A DNA stretch of 64,000 nucleotides from Escherichia phage vB_EcoM_VR26: sequence record NC_028957.1, one strand, 5' to 3'. Below, piece after piece: positions 43,753 to 52,981 of the stretch; positions within the stretch are counted from its first letter, which is position 1, and each line of letters begins with the position of its first letter. A program made the translations under genes and the position numbers. The notes beneath the pieces are model-generated. The model ran no database searches, was not told where the DNA came from, and saw only the letters and a list, made by a program, of their open reading frames with translations.

Positions 43753-44757
43753 TTAACTAATTAATGCAATCCAAACATGTCTTAATGTATCTCTTACATT
43801 TGCAATGAGTTGCTTTTTAACTTCAACAGGATTTTCTGCATCGGTTAATTCTAATTCTTCACGGGACGCCTCTTCCAAAATATCTTGGGCTGTTAGTCCC
43901 ATTACCTTTCCGAAATCCTTAGGCGTTACTTCACCAATCTTACTGATAACATTGTTAATACGGTTAACAGTCACATAATCAGTGAATTGCCACAGCAGGT
44001 CCATGTCATCTTGGGACAACACAACAGCAGCCTTGATAGGCTTATCAGACTTTTTCTTTTCGCTAAATTTAGAGTTCTTACATTTAATCGCTACGCGCTC
44101 ACCATTAGGTAACCAGGCAGGAGTATCAGGTTTAAGAACATACCCTTCTGCAGTGAATACTTTACCTTCAACCTTTGCGTCAAAATCGGTGGTATTCGCG
44201 GTAGTCAAACCCGCATTATCTACTGTAAAATTGTAATCAGGAACCACAGAATCCAGGTCGTTAGGGAGCTTAATCAAGTCTTCAAAGCTACCCGTAGCCA
44301 GGCGTGGGGCAACCTTAAATTTATGGATAATACAGAAGGCTTCCATCAATGAATCAGTCAAAACAGATTCAGAGCCATCTTCCTTAGTAACGCGGATATC
44401 AAATACATAGAAATCTTTGTCACCATAATCCACATTCTTCTGGATACCGGCCCCGGCAAACTCACCATAAATTTGGTATGATTGATAATTAATATCCTGT
44501 AAAAGTCTCTGCACAGTTTTAATGGAATCTGCATAGTTCTTGAGTACAATTTCGTAGCCATAGAAATCTTCTGCAGGTGGGATAGGTCCAGTGCGTTTCG
44601 CACATGTCACATTGTCTTGTTCAATGATTAATGAAAAGTTGGTGCCATGAATCTTTTCACGCGCTACCCATTCACCGCTGGTGAAGCCTTGCAGGCGAAT
44701 CTTTTCAATGAACTTGTTGTTATAGTGATTTTCAAGGCTGTTGTATTTCTTAAACAT
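43753..44757 (-). CDS. rnlB: RNA ligase 2 (RnlB)
   Basis: 334 aa; adenylylation motif KIHGTN; very close to T4 Rnl2 as recalled. Confidence 0.9.
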   Translation of the reverse strand: MFKKYNSLENHYNNKFIEKIRLQGFTSGEWVAREKIHGTNFSLIIEQDNVTCAKRTGPIPPAEDFYGYEIVLKNYADSIKTVQRLLQDINYQSYQIYGEFAGAGIQKNVDYGDKDFYVFDIRVTKEDGSESVLTDSLMEAFCIIHKFKVAPRLATGSFEDLIKLPNDLDSVVPDYNFTVDNAGLTTANTTDFDAKVEGKVFTAEGYVLKPDTPAWLPNGERVAIKCKNSKFSEKKKSDKPIKAAVVLSQDDMDLLWQFTDYVTVNRINNVISKIGEVTPKDFGKVMGLTAQDILEEASREELELTDAENPVEVKKQLIANVRDTLRHVWIALIS

Positions 44758-44843
44758 AATCTCTCACTTTTGATGTTATAAATATCATTATAAATTATAC
44801 CCTCTATACTTTCTTTCTCTGAAAGGAATTAATCGTATCGGAA

Positions 44844-44883
44844 GGTCTAGAACCATTATACCACAATTTTATTTGAAGCAAAA
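44844..44883 (-). promoter_or_regulatory. MotA-box middle promoter upstream of rnlB
   Basis: Reverse strand reads TTTGCTTCA, 13 nt, TATAAT, then GGTTCTAGACC. Confidence 0.55.
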
Positions 44884-44886
44884 AGG

Positions 44887-45150
44887 TCAGAATTTTACAT
44901 ACAGCATTGGTTTGTTATCTTGCCAGTCATAATTCCAGGTAAATGATGTAAATTTTTCTGCCCGCAGAAAATCAGATATCTTTGTGCGGTTTCCCTCTTC
45001 ATACTCTTTTTCAGAAACTGCCATATTAACAGCATCTTTGCCATTCTCAGCAGCGGCAATAGCCACTTTGCGAAATATAACAATAAAGTCATTTGCAACT
45101 TTATCTTGTGATTCTTTAGCCATTTGACGTAGTTCTTCTGCGAATGTCAT
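44887..45150 (-). CDS. hypothetical protein (24.2 position)
   Basis: 87-aa ORF with ATG start. Confidence 0.45.
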   Translation of the reverse strand: MTFAEELRQMAKESQDKVANDFIVIFRKVAIAAAENGKDAVNMAVSEKEYEEGNRTKISDFLRAEKFTSFTWNYDWQDNKPMLYVKF

Positions 45151-45350
45151 TTCTTCACCTTTTTGTTAAACAACCGCTTGCGGTATACGATTTTCTCTCG
45201 TGACTTGAACTTTTCTTTAGCTTGTTCAACATCAACCCATGCCTTTGCCATTTCTTTAGCGGTCCCGCCTAATACCTTGGCGATTTCAATAAATGTCATA
45301 CCAGTTTCATGCAGGAAATGTACTTTAACCTTATTCATAACCATTCTCAT
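45147..45350 (-). CDS. hypothetical small basic protein (24.3 position)
   Basis: 67-aa ORF, lysine-rich C-terminus. Confidence 0.4.
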   Translation of the reverse strand: MRMVMNKVKVHFLHETGMTFIEIAKVLGGTAKEMAKAWVDVEQAKEKFKSREKIVYRKRLFNKKVKK

Positions 45351-45487
45351 GTTGAGTTAGTGAAGCTATCTTAACATGGAATTTTTAACTTGTAAACAGG
45401 AGTTTTATGCCAGATATTCTTGAACGTAAAGATTTACTTTACAACCGTCACTACCTTAATAAATATTAAATTAATAACGGAGGATTT

Positions 45488-47014
45488 ATGACACAAACTA
45501 CAGGTGAAAAAGAAGGCGTATTTTACGGTTATTCTCTTTATGATTTGAATAAAGAAAAACTAATAACTTTTGATGAATTACTTACGGGTATTCAAGGAGA
45601 GCCCGGAGAAAATGGCGATATTGGACCAAAAGGCCCTATTGGTTTAACAGGTCCTCAAGGACCGAAAGGTGATATCGGGTCAAAAGGTATTAAAGGTGAT
45701 ACAGGTCCTCAAGGTATTCAAGGGCCCGCTGGCCCACAAGGTCCTCAGGGAGAAAAGGGAGTCCAAGGTTTAGCTGGAGTCCAAGGCATTCAAGGACCAG
45801 TCGGCCACCAAGGAGTGAAAGGTGATACCGGCCCTCAAGGTATTCAAGGACCGAAAGGTGATACAGGAGCACAAGGCCCACAAGGTGACAAAGGCGAAAT
45901 GGGTCCGGTGGGTCCGGCTGGTCTAACATGGAAAGGAACATGGGACGCTGATGTAGAGTATTCTATAAATGAGGCTGTCGGATATGGTGGTTCTTTATAT
46001 TTCGCCAAAACAAAAGTTCCTAATGGCGAAATACCAACACCGACTTCTAACTATTGGGGTGTTTTGGCTACCGAGGGTCCACAAGGTCCACAAGGTCAAC
46101 AAGGTCTTAAAGGTGATACCGGTCCTCAAGGTATTCAAGGACCTGTAGGGCCTGTAGGGCCGCAGGGTATTCAGGGACCAAGAGGACTTCAAGGGTCAGA
46201 AGGTGAAATAGGACCGCGGGGTATTCAAGGGCTAAAAGGCGAAACTGGGCCCGCTGGTCCACAGGGTATTCAAGGGCTAAAAGGCGAGGTGGGTGCTCAG
46301 GGTCCTTCTGGTTCTCCTGGACTTACAGGACCAGAAGGACCTCGTGGGTTAACAGGCGAAGCTGGAGCTCAAGGACCTCGTGGTGCTATAGGTCCTATCG
46401 GTTTAACAGGTCCTATCGGTTTAACGGGTCCTCAAGGTATTCAAGGTCCGAAAGGTGATACAGGTCCTCAAGGCTTACAAGGTCCTCAAGGCTTACGAGG
46501 TATTCAAGGAGCTCCTGGAGTAAAAGGAGAAGCGGGTGCACAAGGTCCGAAAGGTGATACAGGAGCACAAGGTCCTATTGGTTTAACTGGACCTAAAGGT
46601 GATACAGGCCCGAGCCCTTATACTGTTTATAATTATTCTAATGTTGCAACTGGTTATGCTGAAATGGTTATGCCTGGTGTGTCATCAAACACAGTATTTA
46701 GACTTCGTTCAGTTGGAACTAATATAGAATATAGTGTTCTAAGTAAAGGCGGAGCTAATAGATATGTAGATTGGCACTTTTCAATTCCAAGTGTTTCCGG
46801 CAATACAGTAAGTACTAATAGCGGAACTAATACATTAACTCCTACAGGTAATTTTACTATTGTGGCGACCGCTTATAATGGACTAAGGGGATTTACAATA
46901 ACATTATGCGAGTGGGGTTCAAGAGCTATTGTTGATATCACTGTTTATCATCATGGGCGTTCGGGAGACACAACCAAAGCTGTGGCTATTCGTATGACTA
47001 CTACAAAATACTAA
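45488..47014 (+). CDS. collagen-like triple-helix repeat protein with C-terminal globular domain
   Basis: Two Gly-X-Y runs (about residues 34-146 and 197-375) split by a 50-aa non-collagenous insert, then a 133-aa C-terminal domain; GGAGG SD. Confidence 0.8.
   Translation: MTQTTGEKEGVFYGYSLYDLNKEKLITFDELLTGIQGEPGENGDIGPKGPIGLTGPQGPKGDIGSKGIKGDTGPQGIQGPAGPQGPQGEKGVQGLAGVQGIQGPVGHQGVKGDTGPQGIQGPKGDTGAQGPQGDKGEMGPVGPAGLTWKGTWDADVEYSINEAVGYGGSLYFAKTKVPNGEIPTPTSNYWGVLATEGPQGPQGQQGLKGDTGPQGIQGPVGPVGPQGIQGPRGLQGSEGEIGPRGIQGLKGETGPAGPQGIQGLKGEVGAQGPSGSPGLTGPEGPRGLTGEAGAQGPRGAIGPIGLTGPIGLTGPQGIQGPKGDTGPQGLQGPQGLRGIQGAPGVKGEAGAQGPKGDTGAQGPIGLTGPKGDTGPSPYTVYNYSNVATGYAEMVMPGVSSNTVFRLRSVGTNIEYSVLSKGGANRYVDWHFSIPSVSGNTVSTNSGTNTLTPTGNFTIVATAYNGLRGFTITLCEWGSRAIVDITVYHHGRSGDTTKAVAIRMTTTKY
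45587..46612 (+). repeat. Gly-X-Y collagen-repeat coding region with recurring near-identical nucleotide blocks
   Basis: Recurring blocks such as AAAGGTGATACAGGTCCTCAAGGTATTCAAGG; interrupted at about 45926-46078. Confidence 0.7.
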
Positions 47015-47023
47015 GGAGCTTTA

Positions 47024-47887
47024 ATGGAACCGGTTAAAGCTGTGTTAGAGCCTGATGTAATAGATGTGGAATATGGTAATACATACTCGGCTACTGTAAC
47101 TCTGTCTCCTATAGAAAATATTCCAGATGGTTCCGTGATAAGATATGATTGGGTTGTTAATAACAAGTTCGTTGGTACGGGTGAAGCTACTCGTACCACC
47201 CAACCATCTCAGACCGGAAATTATGTATTATCATGTAGAGTATTCATTACTCCGCCTAATGAAAATACTGTAATGGTAACAACTAATAAATCATATGGGT
47301 ATGTATATAAAAATTCCGATACAAGTCCAGTAGATGCAGAAATATTATATGATAACAAGATATACCAAGTAGGAAGCAAAGTTAGATTATTAGCCGTTGC
47401 CAATAACCCAGATACCAACTTTGTTAAAGGTATTATATGGAAGGATGCTGATGGTAAGATAATAGGTATAGGTCGGGAATATATCCATACAATGCAATCA
47501 GAGTATGATATAGTTCGAGCTAAAGTTACAATGGATTCGCCTATAAGAGATGAATTTAGTAAGAACTTTACTATACATTTGTACGCTATAAATGTTCAAG
47601 AAGGAACATGTATAAGATATATTCATCCTTTAGACCACAGGGATGCAGGATTTATCTGGTGTGGTTGGTGGGTTATGGATGAAATCCAACGAGCGATAAA
47701 ACTTGGGCTGGATTGGAAAAATCCAAAAGAGCTAGATTTAAATTACAAGTGTGATTTAGAGACATTAGCGTTATTGCTCAAGACATATCCTGAAGCCGAA
47801 GTTCAAGAATCAAGACACGGATATATAATAACCAGACTACAAATTGAGACTGGCGGAATATATGAAAAACCATATGAAGTAAAATAA
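47024..47887 (+). CDS. Hoc-like protein, N-terminal beta-rich region plus Hoc-type C-terminal domain
   Basis: C-terminal YIHPL...FIWCGWWVMDEIQ...YPEAEVQESRHGYI is homologous to the Hoc C-terminus encoded on the opposite strand; starts 9 nt after the collagen-like ORF. Confidence 0.7.
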   Translation: MEPVKAVLEPDVIDVEYGNTYSATVTLSPIENIPDGSVIRYDWVVNNKFVGTGEATRTTQPSQTGNYVLSCRVFITPPNENTVMVTTNKSYGYVYKNSDTSPVDAEILYDNKIYQVGSKVRLLAVANNPDTNFVKGIIWKDADGKIIGIGREYIHTMQSEYDIVRAKVTMDSPIRDEFSKNFTIHLYAINVQEGTCIRYIHPLDHRDAGFIWCGWWVMDEIQRAIKLGLDWKNPKELDLNYKCDLETLALLLKTYPEAEVQESRHGYIITRLQIETGGIYEKPYEVK

Positions 47888-47910
47888 AAAGGGCCGCAAG
47901 GCCCTTTTAT
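47888..47910. terminator. bidirectional terminator between the Hoc-like gene and hoc
   Basis: GGGCC GCAA GGCCC flanked by A-run and T-run, so it reads as a terminator on both strands. Confidence 0.7.
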
Positions 47911-47912
47911 CA

Positions 47913-49016
47913 TTAATAGACGTAATCGTATATAATACCAGCTTCCAATGCCGAACGGTGGACGATACGACCGTTACGAGATTCCTGTACATCAACTTCC
48001 GGGTAATCACTAAGCATTTTGGCTAATACCGCCAGATGACAATAATATGGTGTATCCTCTTTAGTGGCTTTTTTCCAATCTGTACTTTCAGATGTTAATT
48101 TCTGAATAGCGTCCATAACCCACCAACCACACCAAATATACGCAGTATTACGGACAGGAAGTGGATGTACATAAATTAAAGGACATTCTTCTGGAACAAC
48201 AGGCTCTGCTTCTGTCACCGTAACAGACTTATTACCTGATTTAACTGAATTTGTAAAGCCTGTTTGTGATGCAGTAACTTCACAAGTATATGACTTCAAG
48301 CCTTCAGTGGATTCCGTTATTGCTCTTGTTGCTTCTGTTGAGTTGTCGTCCCATTTATATGCAAGAGTAGCGCCAGGAATAGCAGGGGACACAGAAGCTG
48401 TCAAATTGAATGGAACATCAACCGTTGCAGTAGACGGGCCTGAAATCTCAACAGTGAACTCAGGGAATGTATTGTTTTCGACCGTAACAACTACTGCATC
48501 AGGATTAATAACTTGGTTGTCATAATCTGCAGCAGAAATGGTAATTTGACAAGTTAAAGAAACCGGCCCTGCAACAGTAGCAGTACGAGTAATATCTTTA
48601 GTAATTTCACCAGTAGACCACAAATATGCTATTGTAGCTCCACCAGGTTCACCTGTTACATTAGCCGAAGCGTTATATTCCTCGCCAACTTTAACGGTTG
48701 GAGTGGAAGTTGTTAATGTTGCAGTTGCAGACATAGTCTTGTTATTAACTGTAATAGTTGTTTGAGCCTCTGCCGTTTCAGGCTCTCCTTCTTCCGGCGT
48801 TGTGGTGGCAACAACTTTAATTACTTTTGAACCTGCTGGGCCAGCTGCAATATAATCCATAGTAGCAATAACAGAAGCTTGTGGAACCTCATCAACGGTC
48901 CATACAAAAGATTCGGTACCAGCGACAGCGGCTCCAGCCCCAGTAGCAGTAAAATTAGTTGTTGCACCTATAACCGCTGTAGGTGTTAAAGGGGCAATTG
49001 ATACAGTATAAGCCAT
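47913..49016 (-). CDS. hoc: Hoc outer capsid decoration protein
   Basis: 367 aa; Thr/Ala-rich repeated domains with a G.Y..C.V motif; C-terminal WCGWWVMD capsid-binding-type domain; synteny. Confidence 0.8.
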   Translation of the reverse strand: MAYTVSIAPLTPTAVIGATTNFTATGAGAAVAGTESFVWTVDEVPQASVIATMDYIAAGPAGSKVIKVVATTTPEEGEPETAEAQTTITVNNKTMSATATLTTSTPTVKVGEEYNASANVTGEPGGATIAYLWSTGEITKDITRTATVAGPVSLTCQITISAADYDNQVINPDAVVVTVENNTFPEFTVEISGPSTATVDVPFNLTASVSPAIPGATLAYKWDDNSTEATRAITESTEGLKSYTCEVTASQTGFTNSVKSGNKSVTVTEAEPVVPEECPLIYVHPLPVRNTAYIWCGWWVMDAIQKLTSESTDWKKATKEDTPYYCHLAVLAKMLSDYPEVDVQESRNGRIVHRSALEAGIIYDYVY

Positions 49017-49025
49017 AAAACCTCC

Positions 49026-49046
49026 AAGGGCCGAAGCCCTTTTGTT
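49026..49046. other. hairpin between the inh stop and the hoc RBS
   Basis: GGGC CGAA GCCC; T-run on the forward side only. Confidence 0.3.
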
Positions 49047-49725
49047 AATTTAAACGAATAAAAGATGAGTTACGTGTTTCACGAATAAGAATGGAACCGT
49101 CACGATTGATATAGTAAATCAAACTAAACAATGTTTGGTGTGCGCTTGCATGAGTAAAAGAAGTAGGGCGTTCTTTCCAGTCTGGGGTCTCTTTAATCCA
49201 CTGGTAAATCCACCAAGGGAGAGTACAATATCCAGGAGCTTTGCCCAGCATAAGCAGATTGGGGCTAAAATTTTTAGGCAGTGTAAATTTAGGAGTTTCA
49301 GCTTCGATGATTTGAGCGACAGCTTCTTCAAAGTCTTCGGAAACAAACGGCACTTCAATTTCAACGAGTTTAACTTCTGATTCAGGGACAACTTCCTGGG
49401 TAACTTCGACTACTTCAACGGGTGCTTCTGGAGCATCAAACAAAAGAACAGCTTCAGGTTTAGCTGATTCTTCACCTTCAAACTTACTACCTGATAATTC
49501 ATCATCGGCATTAATAAGGTCGGTGATGCTTAAGCCTTCGTTATCGTCCGGCATAGGCATGTCAGCAAATGCTTTAAGTCCTGCTTCCAGGTCAATCAAC
49601 ATATTATCGAAAGTTTTTGTTTTCTTAACATCAACACCAAGCGATGATGCATATTCAGCTAATTTTTCTTTGGCTTCTTTTTTCTCGAGGATACGAATTT
49701 CCTCAATATAGTTCTTGTCAATCAT
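49045..49725 (-). CDS. inh: Inh-like protein (prohead protease inhibitor position)
   Basis: 226 aa, acidic; C-terminal region PGYCTLPWWIYQWIKETPDWK resembles the Hoc C-terminal domain. Confidence 0.6.
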   Translation of the reverse strand: MIDKNYIEEIRILEKKEAKEKLAEYASSLGVDVKKTKTFDNMLIDLEAGLKAFADMPMPDDNEGLSITDLINADDELSGSKFEGEESAKPEAVLLFDAPEAPVEVVEVTQEVVPESEVKLVEIEVPFVSEDFEEAVAQIIEAETPKFTLPKNFSPNLLMLGKAPGYCTLPWWIYQWIKETPDWKERPTSFTHASAHQTLFSLIYYINRDGSILIRETRNSSFIRLN

Positions 49726-49743
49726 GATGAACCTCGGTTAGTA

Positions 49744-49751
49744 TATAAATA
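49744..49751 (+). promoter_or_regulatory. late promoter TATAAATA for uvsW
   Basis: Exact TATAAATA about 28 nt upstream of the uvsW ATG. Confidence 0.6.
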
Positions 49752-49779
49752 TAGATATATTTATTACCTTGGAATCATC

Positions 49780-51279
49780 ATGGATATCAAAATCAACTTT
49801 TTAAATTTTAGTCATGTACATGTTGAATGTGAAGATAGTATCTTCTATGAACTCCGTGACTATTTCAGTTTTGAAGCCGAAAACTATCGGTTTAACCCTA
49901 AATTCAAAGCGGGAGTTTGGGACGGACGTATCCGTCTCCTGGATTATAACCGTAAATTACCGTACGGCTTAGTTAACCAGATTAAAAAATTCGCTGACCA
50001 GTTTGGTTATTCATTTTGGATTGACCCTCAAATCACCGAGAAAGAGGAAATCTCCCGTGTGGATTTCGATAAATGGGTCGAGTCAAAAGAAATCTATTCA
50101 GGCCATACCAAGATTACTCCCCATTGGTACCAAACAGACGCCGTATACGATGGTCTGGTCAACAGAAGAAAGATATTGAACTTACCTACGTCTGCAGGTA
50201 AAAGCCTCATCCAGGCGCTTCTGGCGCGATATTATCTCGAGAACTATGAAGGCAAGGTTCTTATCCTTGTACCTACAACTGCGCTCGTTGACCAGATGAT
50301 TAATGACTTTGTTGATTATAGATTGTTCCCTCGAGAAGCTTGTCTCGGTATCCGTTCCGGAACTAAACGTGATTCGGATGCAATGATTTATGTGTCTACT
50401 TATCAGACGGCAGTAAAACAACCTAAAGAATGGTTTTCACAGTTCGGTCAGTTTATGAATGATGAATGCCATATGGCTACTGGTAAATCTATTTCGACTG
50501 TTATCGAAGGCCTGACTAATTGTATGTTTAAATTTGGTCTCTCTGGTTCTCTCCGTGACGGCAAAGCAAACCTTATGCAATATATGGGTCTGTTTGGTGA
50601 TATCTTTAAACCAGTATCCACATCCCAATTAATGGATGAAGGACAAGTTACTGACCTTAAGATAAATAGTATTTTCCTTCGATATCCTGATGAATTCACC
50701 GTTAAAATGAAAGGCAAATCTTATCAAGATGAAATCAAGGTAATTACAAAAGCTACGCGTAGAAATAAATGGGTAACAAACCTTGCACTCAAGCTTGCTA
50801 AAAAAGATGAAAACGTCTTTTTGATGTTTAAGAATATCGAGCACGGTAAATCGATGTTTGAAATGCTTAAGGAAGCTGGTCATGAGAATGTGTATTATGT
50901 TTCCGGGGAAGTTGATACAGAAACACGTAACGCATTAAAGGTCATGGCAGAAAATGGAAAGGGAATTATCGTTGTAGCTTCATACGGTGTATTCTCGACG
51001 GGGATTTCCGTTAAAAACCTCCATCATATTATTTTCGCTCATCCGGTCAAGTCAAAGGTAATTGTACTCCAGACAATTGGTCGTGTACTTCGAAAACATG
51101 AATCCAAATCGACCGCAAACGTGTGGGACATCGTGGACGACATGGGGGTTAAACCCAAATCAGCAAACGCTAAAAAGAAATATGTTCACTTGAACTTTGC
51201 ACTGAAACATGCATTAGAGCGTATTCAGCGGTATGCAGACGAAAAATTCAATTATATCATTAAACAGGTGGAAATATAA
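49780..51279 (+). CDS. uvsW: UvsW DNA/RNA helicase
   Basis: 499 aa; Walker A PTSAGKS, DECH box, C-terminal helicase motifs. Confidence 0.9.
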   Translation: MDIKINFLNFSHVHVECEDSIFYELRDYFSFEAENYRFNPKFKAGVWDGRIRLLDYNRKLPYGLVNQIKKFADQFGYSFWIDPQITEKEEISRVDFDKWVESKEIYSGHTKITPHWYQTDAVYDGLVNRRKILNLPTSAGKSLIQALLARYYLENYEGKVLILVPTTALVDQMINDFVDYRLFPREACLGIRSGTKRDSDAMIYVSTYQTAVKQPKEWFSQFGQFMNDECHMATGKSISTVIEGLTNCMFKFGLSGSLRDGKANLMQYMGLFGDIFKPVSTSQLMDEGQVTDLKINSIFLRYPDEFTVKMKGKSYQDEIKVITKATRRNKWVTNLALKLAKKDENVFLMFKNIEHGKSMFEMLKEAGHENVYYVSGEVDTETRNALKVMAENGKGIIVVASYGVFSTGISVKNLHHIIFAHPVKSKVIVLQTIGRVLRKHESKSTANVWDIVDDMGVKPKSANAKKKYVHLNFALKHALERIQRYADEKFNYIIKQVEI

Positions 51280-51506
51280 TGAAGTCATTTGAAGAAATTA
51301 TGTATGAAGCGGCAATTGAAAGCTTCATGTCTAAGATAGGTTCTTGTCAGACCATGGACGGTCTGAAGGAGCTGGAAGGTTATTATAAAAAGCGCAGTAA
51401 AGAAGCTGAATTGAAAGATTCCGATGATATCAGTGTTCGCGATGCTCTAGCAGGTAAACGTGCCGAGCTTGAAGATATGGACGACGAAGAAGACGAAGAT
51501 TTCTAA
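51279..51506 (+). CDS. UvsW.1-like small acidic protein
   Basis: 75 aa, acidic C-terminus; start overlaps the uvsW stop. Confidence 0.65.
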   Translation: MKSFEEIMYEAAIESFMSKIGSCQTMDGLKELEGYYKKRSKEAELKDSDDISVRDALAGKRAELEDMDDEEDEDF

Positions 51507-51563
51507 ATAAAAAGGCCCCAACCAAAAAGGAAGGGGCAAAACCAAAATGGTTAACAACACTAG

Positions 51564-51731
51564 CTAAATTAAAAGTTGGGTCTCGTTCAGTTGCTCTTGA
51601 GTATTTTCCGTAACTGGCAAACTCTGAACATAATTATAACAGGCGCCCGGATGCACCGGACCTTGGTCTGTATCCACAACCAATGCAGAATCGATTGGAG
51701 TTTTACAGACAACACAAATCTTATCTGACAT
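51564..51731 (-). CDS. small Cys-motif protein (uvsY.-2 position)
   Basis: 54-aa ORF translated by hand (MSDKICVVCKTPIDS...HPGACYNY), below the ORF-track length cutoff. Confidence 0.4.
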   Translation of the reverse strand: MSDKICVVCKTPIDSALVVDTDQGPVHPGACYNYVQSLPVTENTQEQLNETQLLI

Positions 51732-51870
51732 GATTGTCTCCTCAGTTAAACTTACATATCTATTTAGTGCTCTTCATTGCTGTGGCTTTTGCTTTCAATT
51801 CATTAACAATTTTGGTTATTCGGTTTGCAGAGATAACCATCTCGTCAAGAATCTTACTAATATTTTTCAT

Positions 51871-52104
51871 TTAACTTTCCTTAAAGTATCTCATACCAGT
51901 ATCTATCCCCATATTGTGAGAATAGAATGCATCATCGATGTATCCCGCAAATTTACCTTTAACATAGATAACATCTTCACCACAAGGGTGGTCAGCGCAG
52001 ATACGAATATCTGCACGATTCAATTTCCATTCCTTCATCATATACTTAATTTCTTCTTCGAACTCTTCGTCTTGGTTAAACGCATCGTCGATAGAATATC
52101 GCAT
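51871..52104 (-). CDS. hypothetical protein (uvsY.-1 position)
   Basis: 77-aa ORF; start overlaps the uvsY stop. Confidence 0.5.
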   Translation of the reverse strand: MRYSIDDAFNQDEEFEEEIKYMMKEWKLNRADIRICADHPCGEDVIYVKGKFAGYIDDAFYSHNMGIDTGMRYFKES

Positions 52105-52538
52105 TACTTGCCTGCCTCGAATTGTCTTATTTCTAACATATGTTTAAGCGCGAAACTTCTCGACTTAACACCATCTAATGCAGCGCTACAGAAGTCCTGG
52201 AGCAGTGCCCAATATTGAATTGAAGTATCAATCTTAAGCACGCTTGAATCTGCGGCCATAACTGTTTTCAATTCTGACTTCTCGTACACATCCATGCATA
52301 CTTCTTCCCCTGGGTCACCCCTTCCCGTATAATGGTCTAGTCGTTTTTTCAGTGCAGTTTTCTTCTGAATCTCAAGACGCATTATTTCTTTCTTGCAGTT
52401 GGTATACAATCTCAACCATTTGCTATGCAACAAAACGTTGTTTTGTGTTTCATATTGAATTTGTGTACCATCAATTTTTAAATCTGCATCCAACTCATCC
52501 TGAAATACTTCCAACTTATATTCAATCTCTGTTTTCAT
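52104..52538 (-). CDS. uvsY: UvsY recombination mediator
   Basis: Similar to T4 UvsY (LQYE..NNV, SKWL, GRGD, LQYW, FEAGK); start set at the ATG at 52538 because the upstream ATG at 52568 lies inside the middle promoter. Confidence 0.85.
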   Translation of the reverse strand: MKTEIEYKLEVFQDELDADLKIDGTQIQYETQNNVLLHSKWLRLYTNCKKEIMRLEIQKKTALKKRLDHYTGRGDPGEEVCMDVYEKSELKTVMAADSSVLKIDTSIQYWALLQDFCSAALDGVKSRSFALKHMLEIRQFEAGK

Positions 52539-52555
52539 AATGTATCCAATGTAAG

Positions 52556-52593
52556 GGTCTAGAACCATTATACAGCCATAAAATTAAAGCATT
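52556..52593 (-). promoter_or_regulatory. MotA-box middle promoter upstream of uvsY
   Basis: Reverse strand reads AATGCTTTA, 12 nt, TATAAT, then GGTTCTAGACC. Confidence 0.6.
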
Positions 52594-52981
52594 AACCGTT
52601 TTGACTTAACTGAATCCTGATTTGTTCGAGGGTGTCAGGGTCATCAACAATGCTGAACTGAACCGTTACGATGATGGAGTTATCATCATACATAGGGACA
52701 ACCGCAACCTGCAGATTGCTTATCCTTGGTTCAAAGTTCCGCACAGCGGAGACGATGTTGCGTTTAATGGTATCTGTGATTAATGGTGTGATATTCTCAA
52801 AAAGCTGATTACTTATATCACATCCAAATTCAGGCATAAAAGGCCTTGACCCTTTTCTTGTGGTGATTATTCCCAGAAGACTGTTCTTAACAGACCTTGC
52901 ACCAGTTACTTTAGCAACGTCTTTATCCCAACTTGTAGATAAGTCGGGAGACACATCGCTATACATTTTGTTTATATTCAT
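52592..52981 (-). CDS. 25: gp25 baseplate wedge protein
   Basis: 129 aa; synteny. Confidence 0.9.
   Translation of the reverse strand: MNINKMYSDVSPDLSTSWDKDVAKVTGARSVKNSLLGIITTRKGSRPFMPEFGCDISNQLFENITPLITDTIKRNIVSAVRNFEPRISNLQVAVVPMYDDNSIIVTVQFSIVDDPDTLEQIRIQLSQNG

Noticed and set aside
51730-52218. 162-aa forward ORF across the uvsY region
   Set aside because: Overlaps the reverse-strand uvsY.-1 and uvsY genes, which have homology and promoter support
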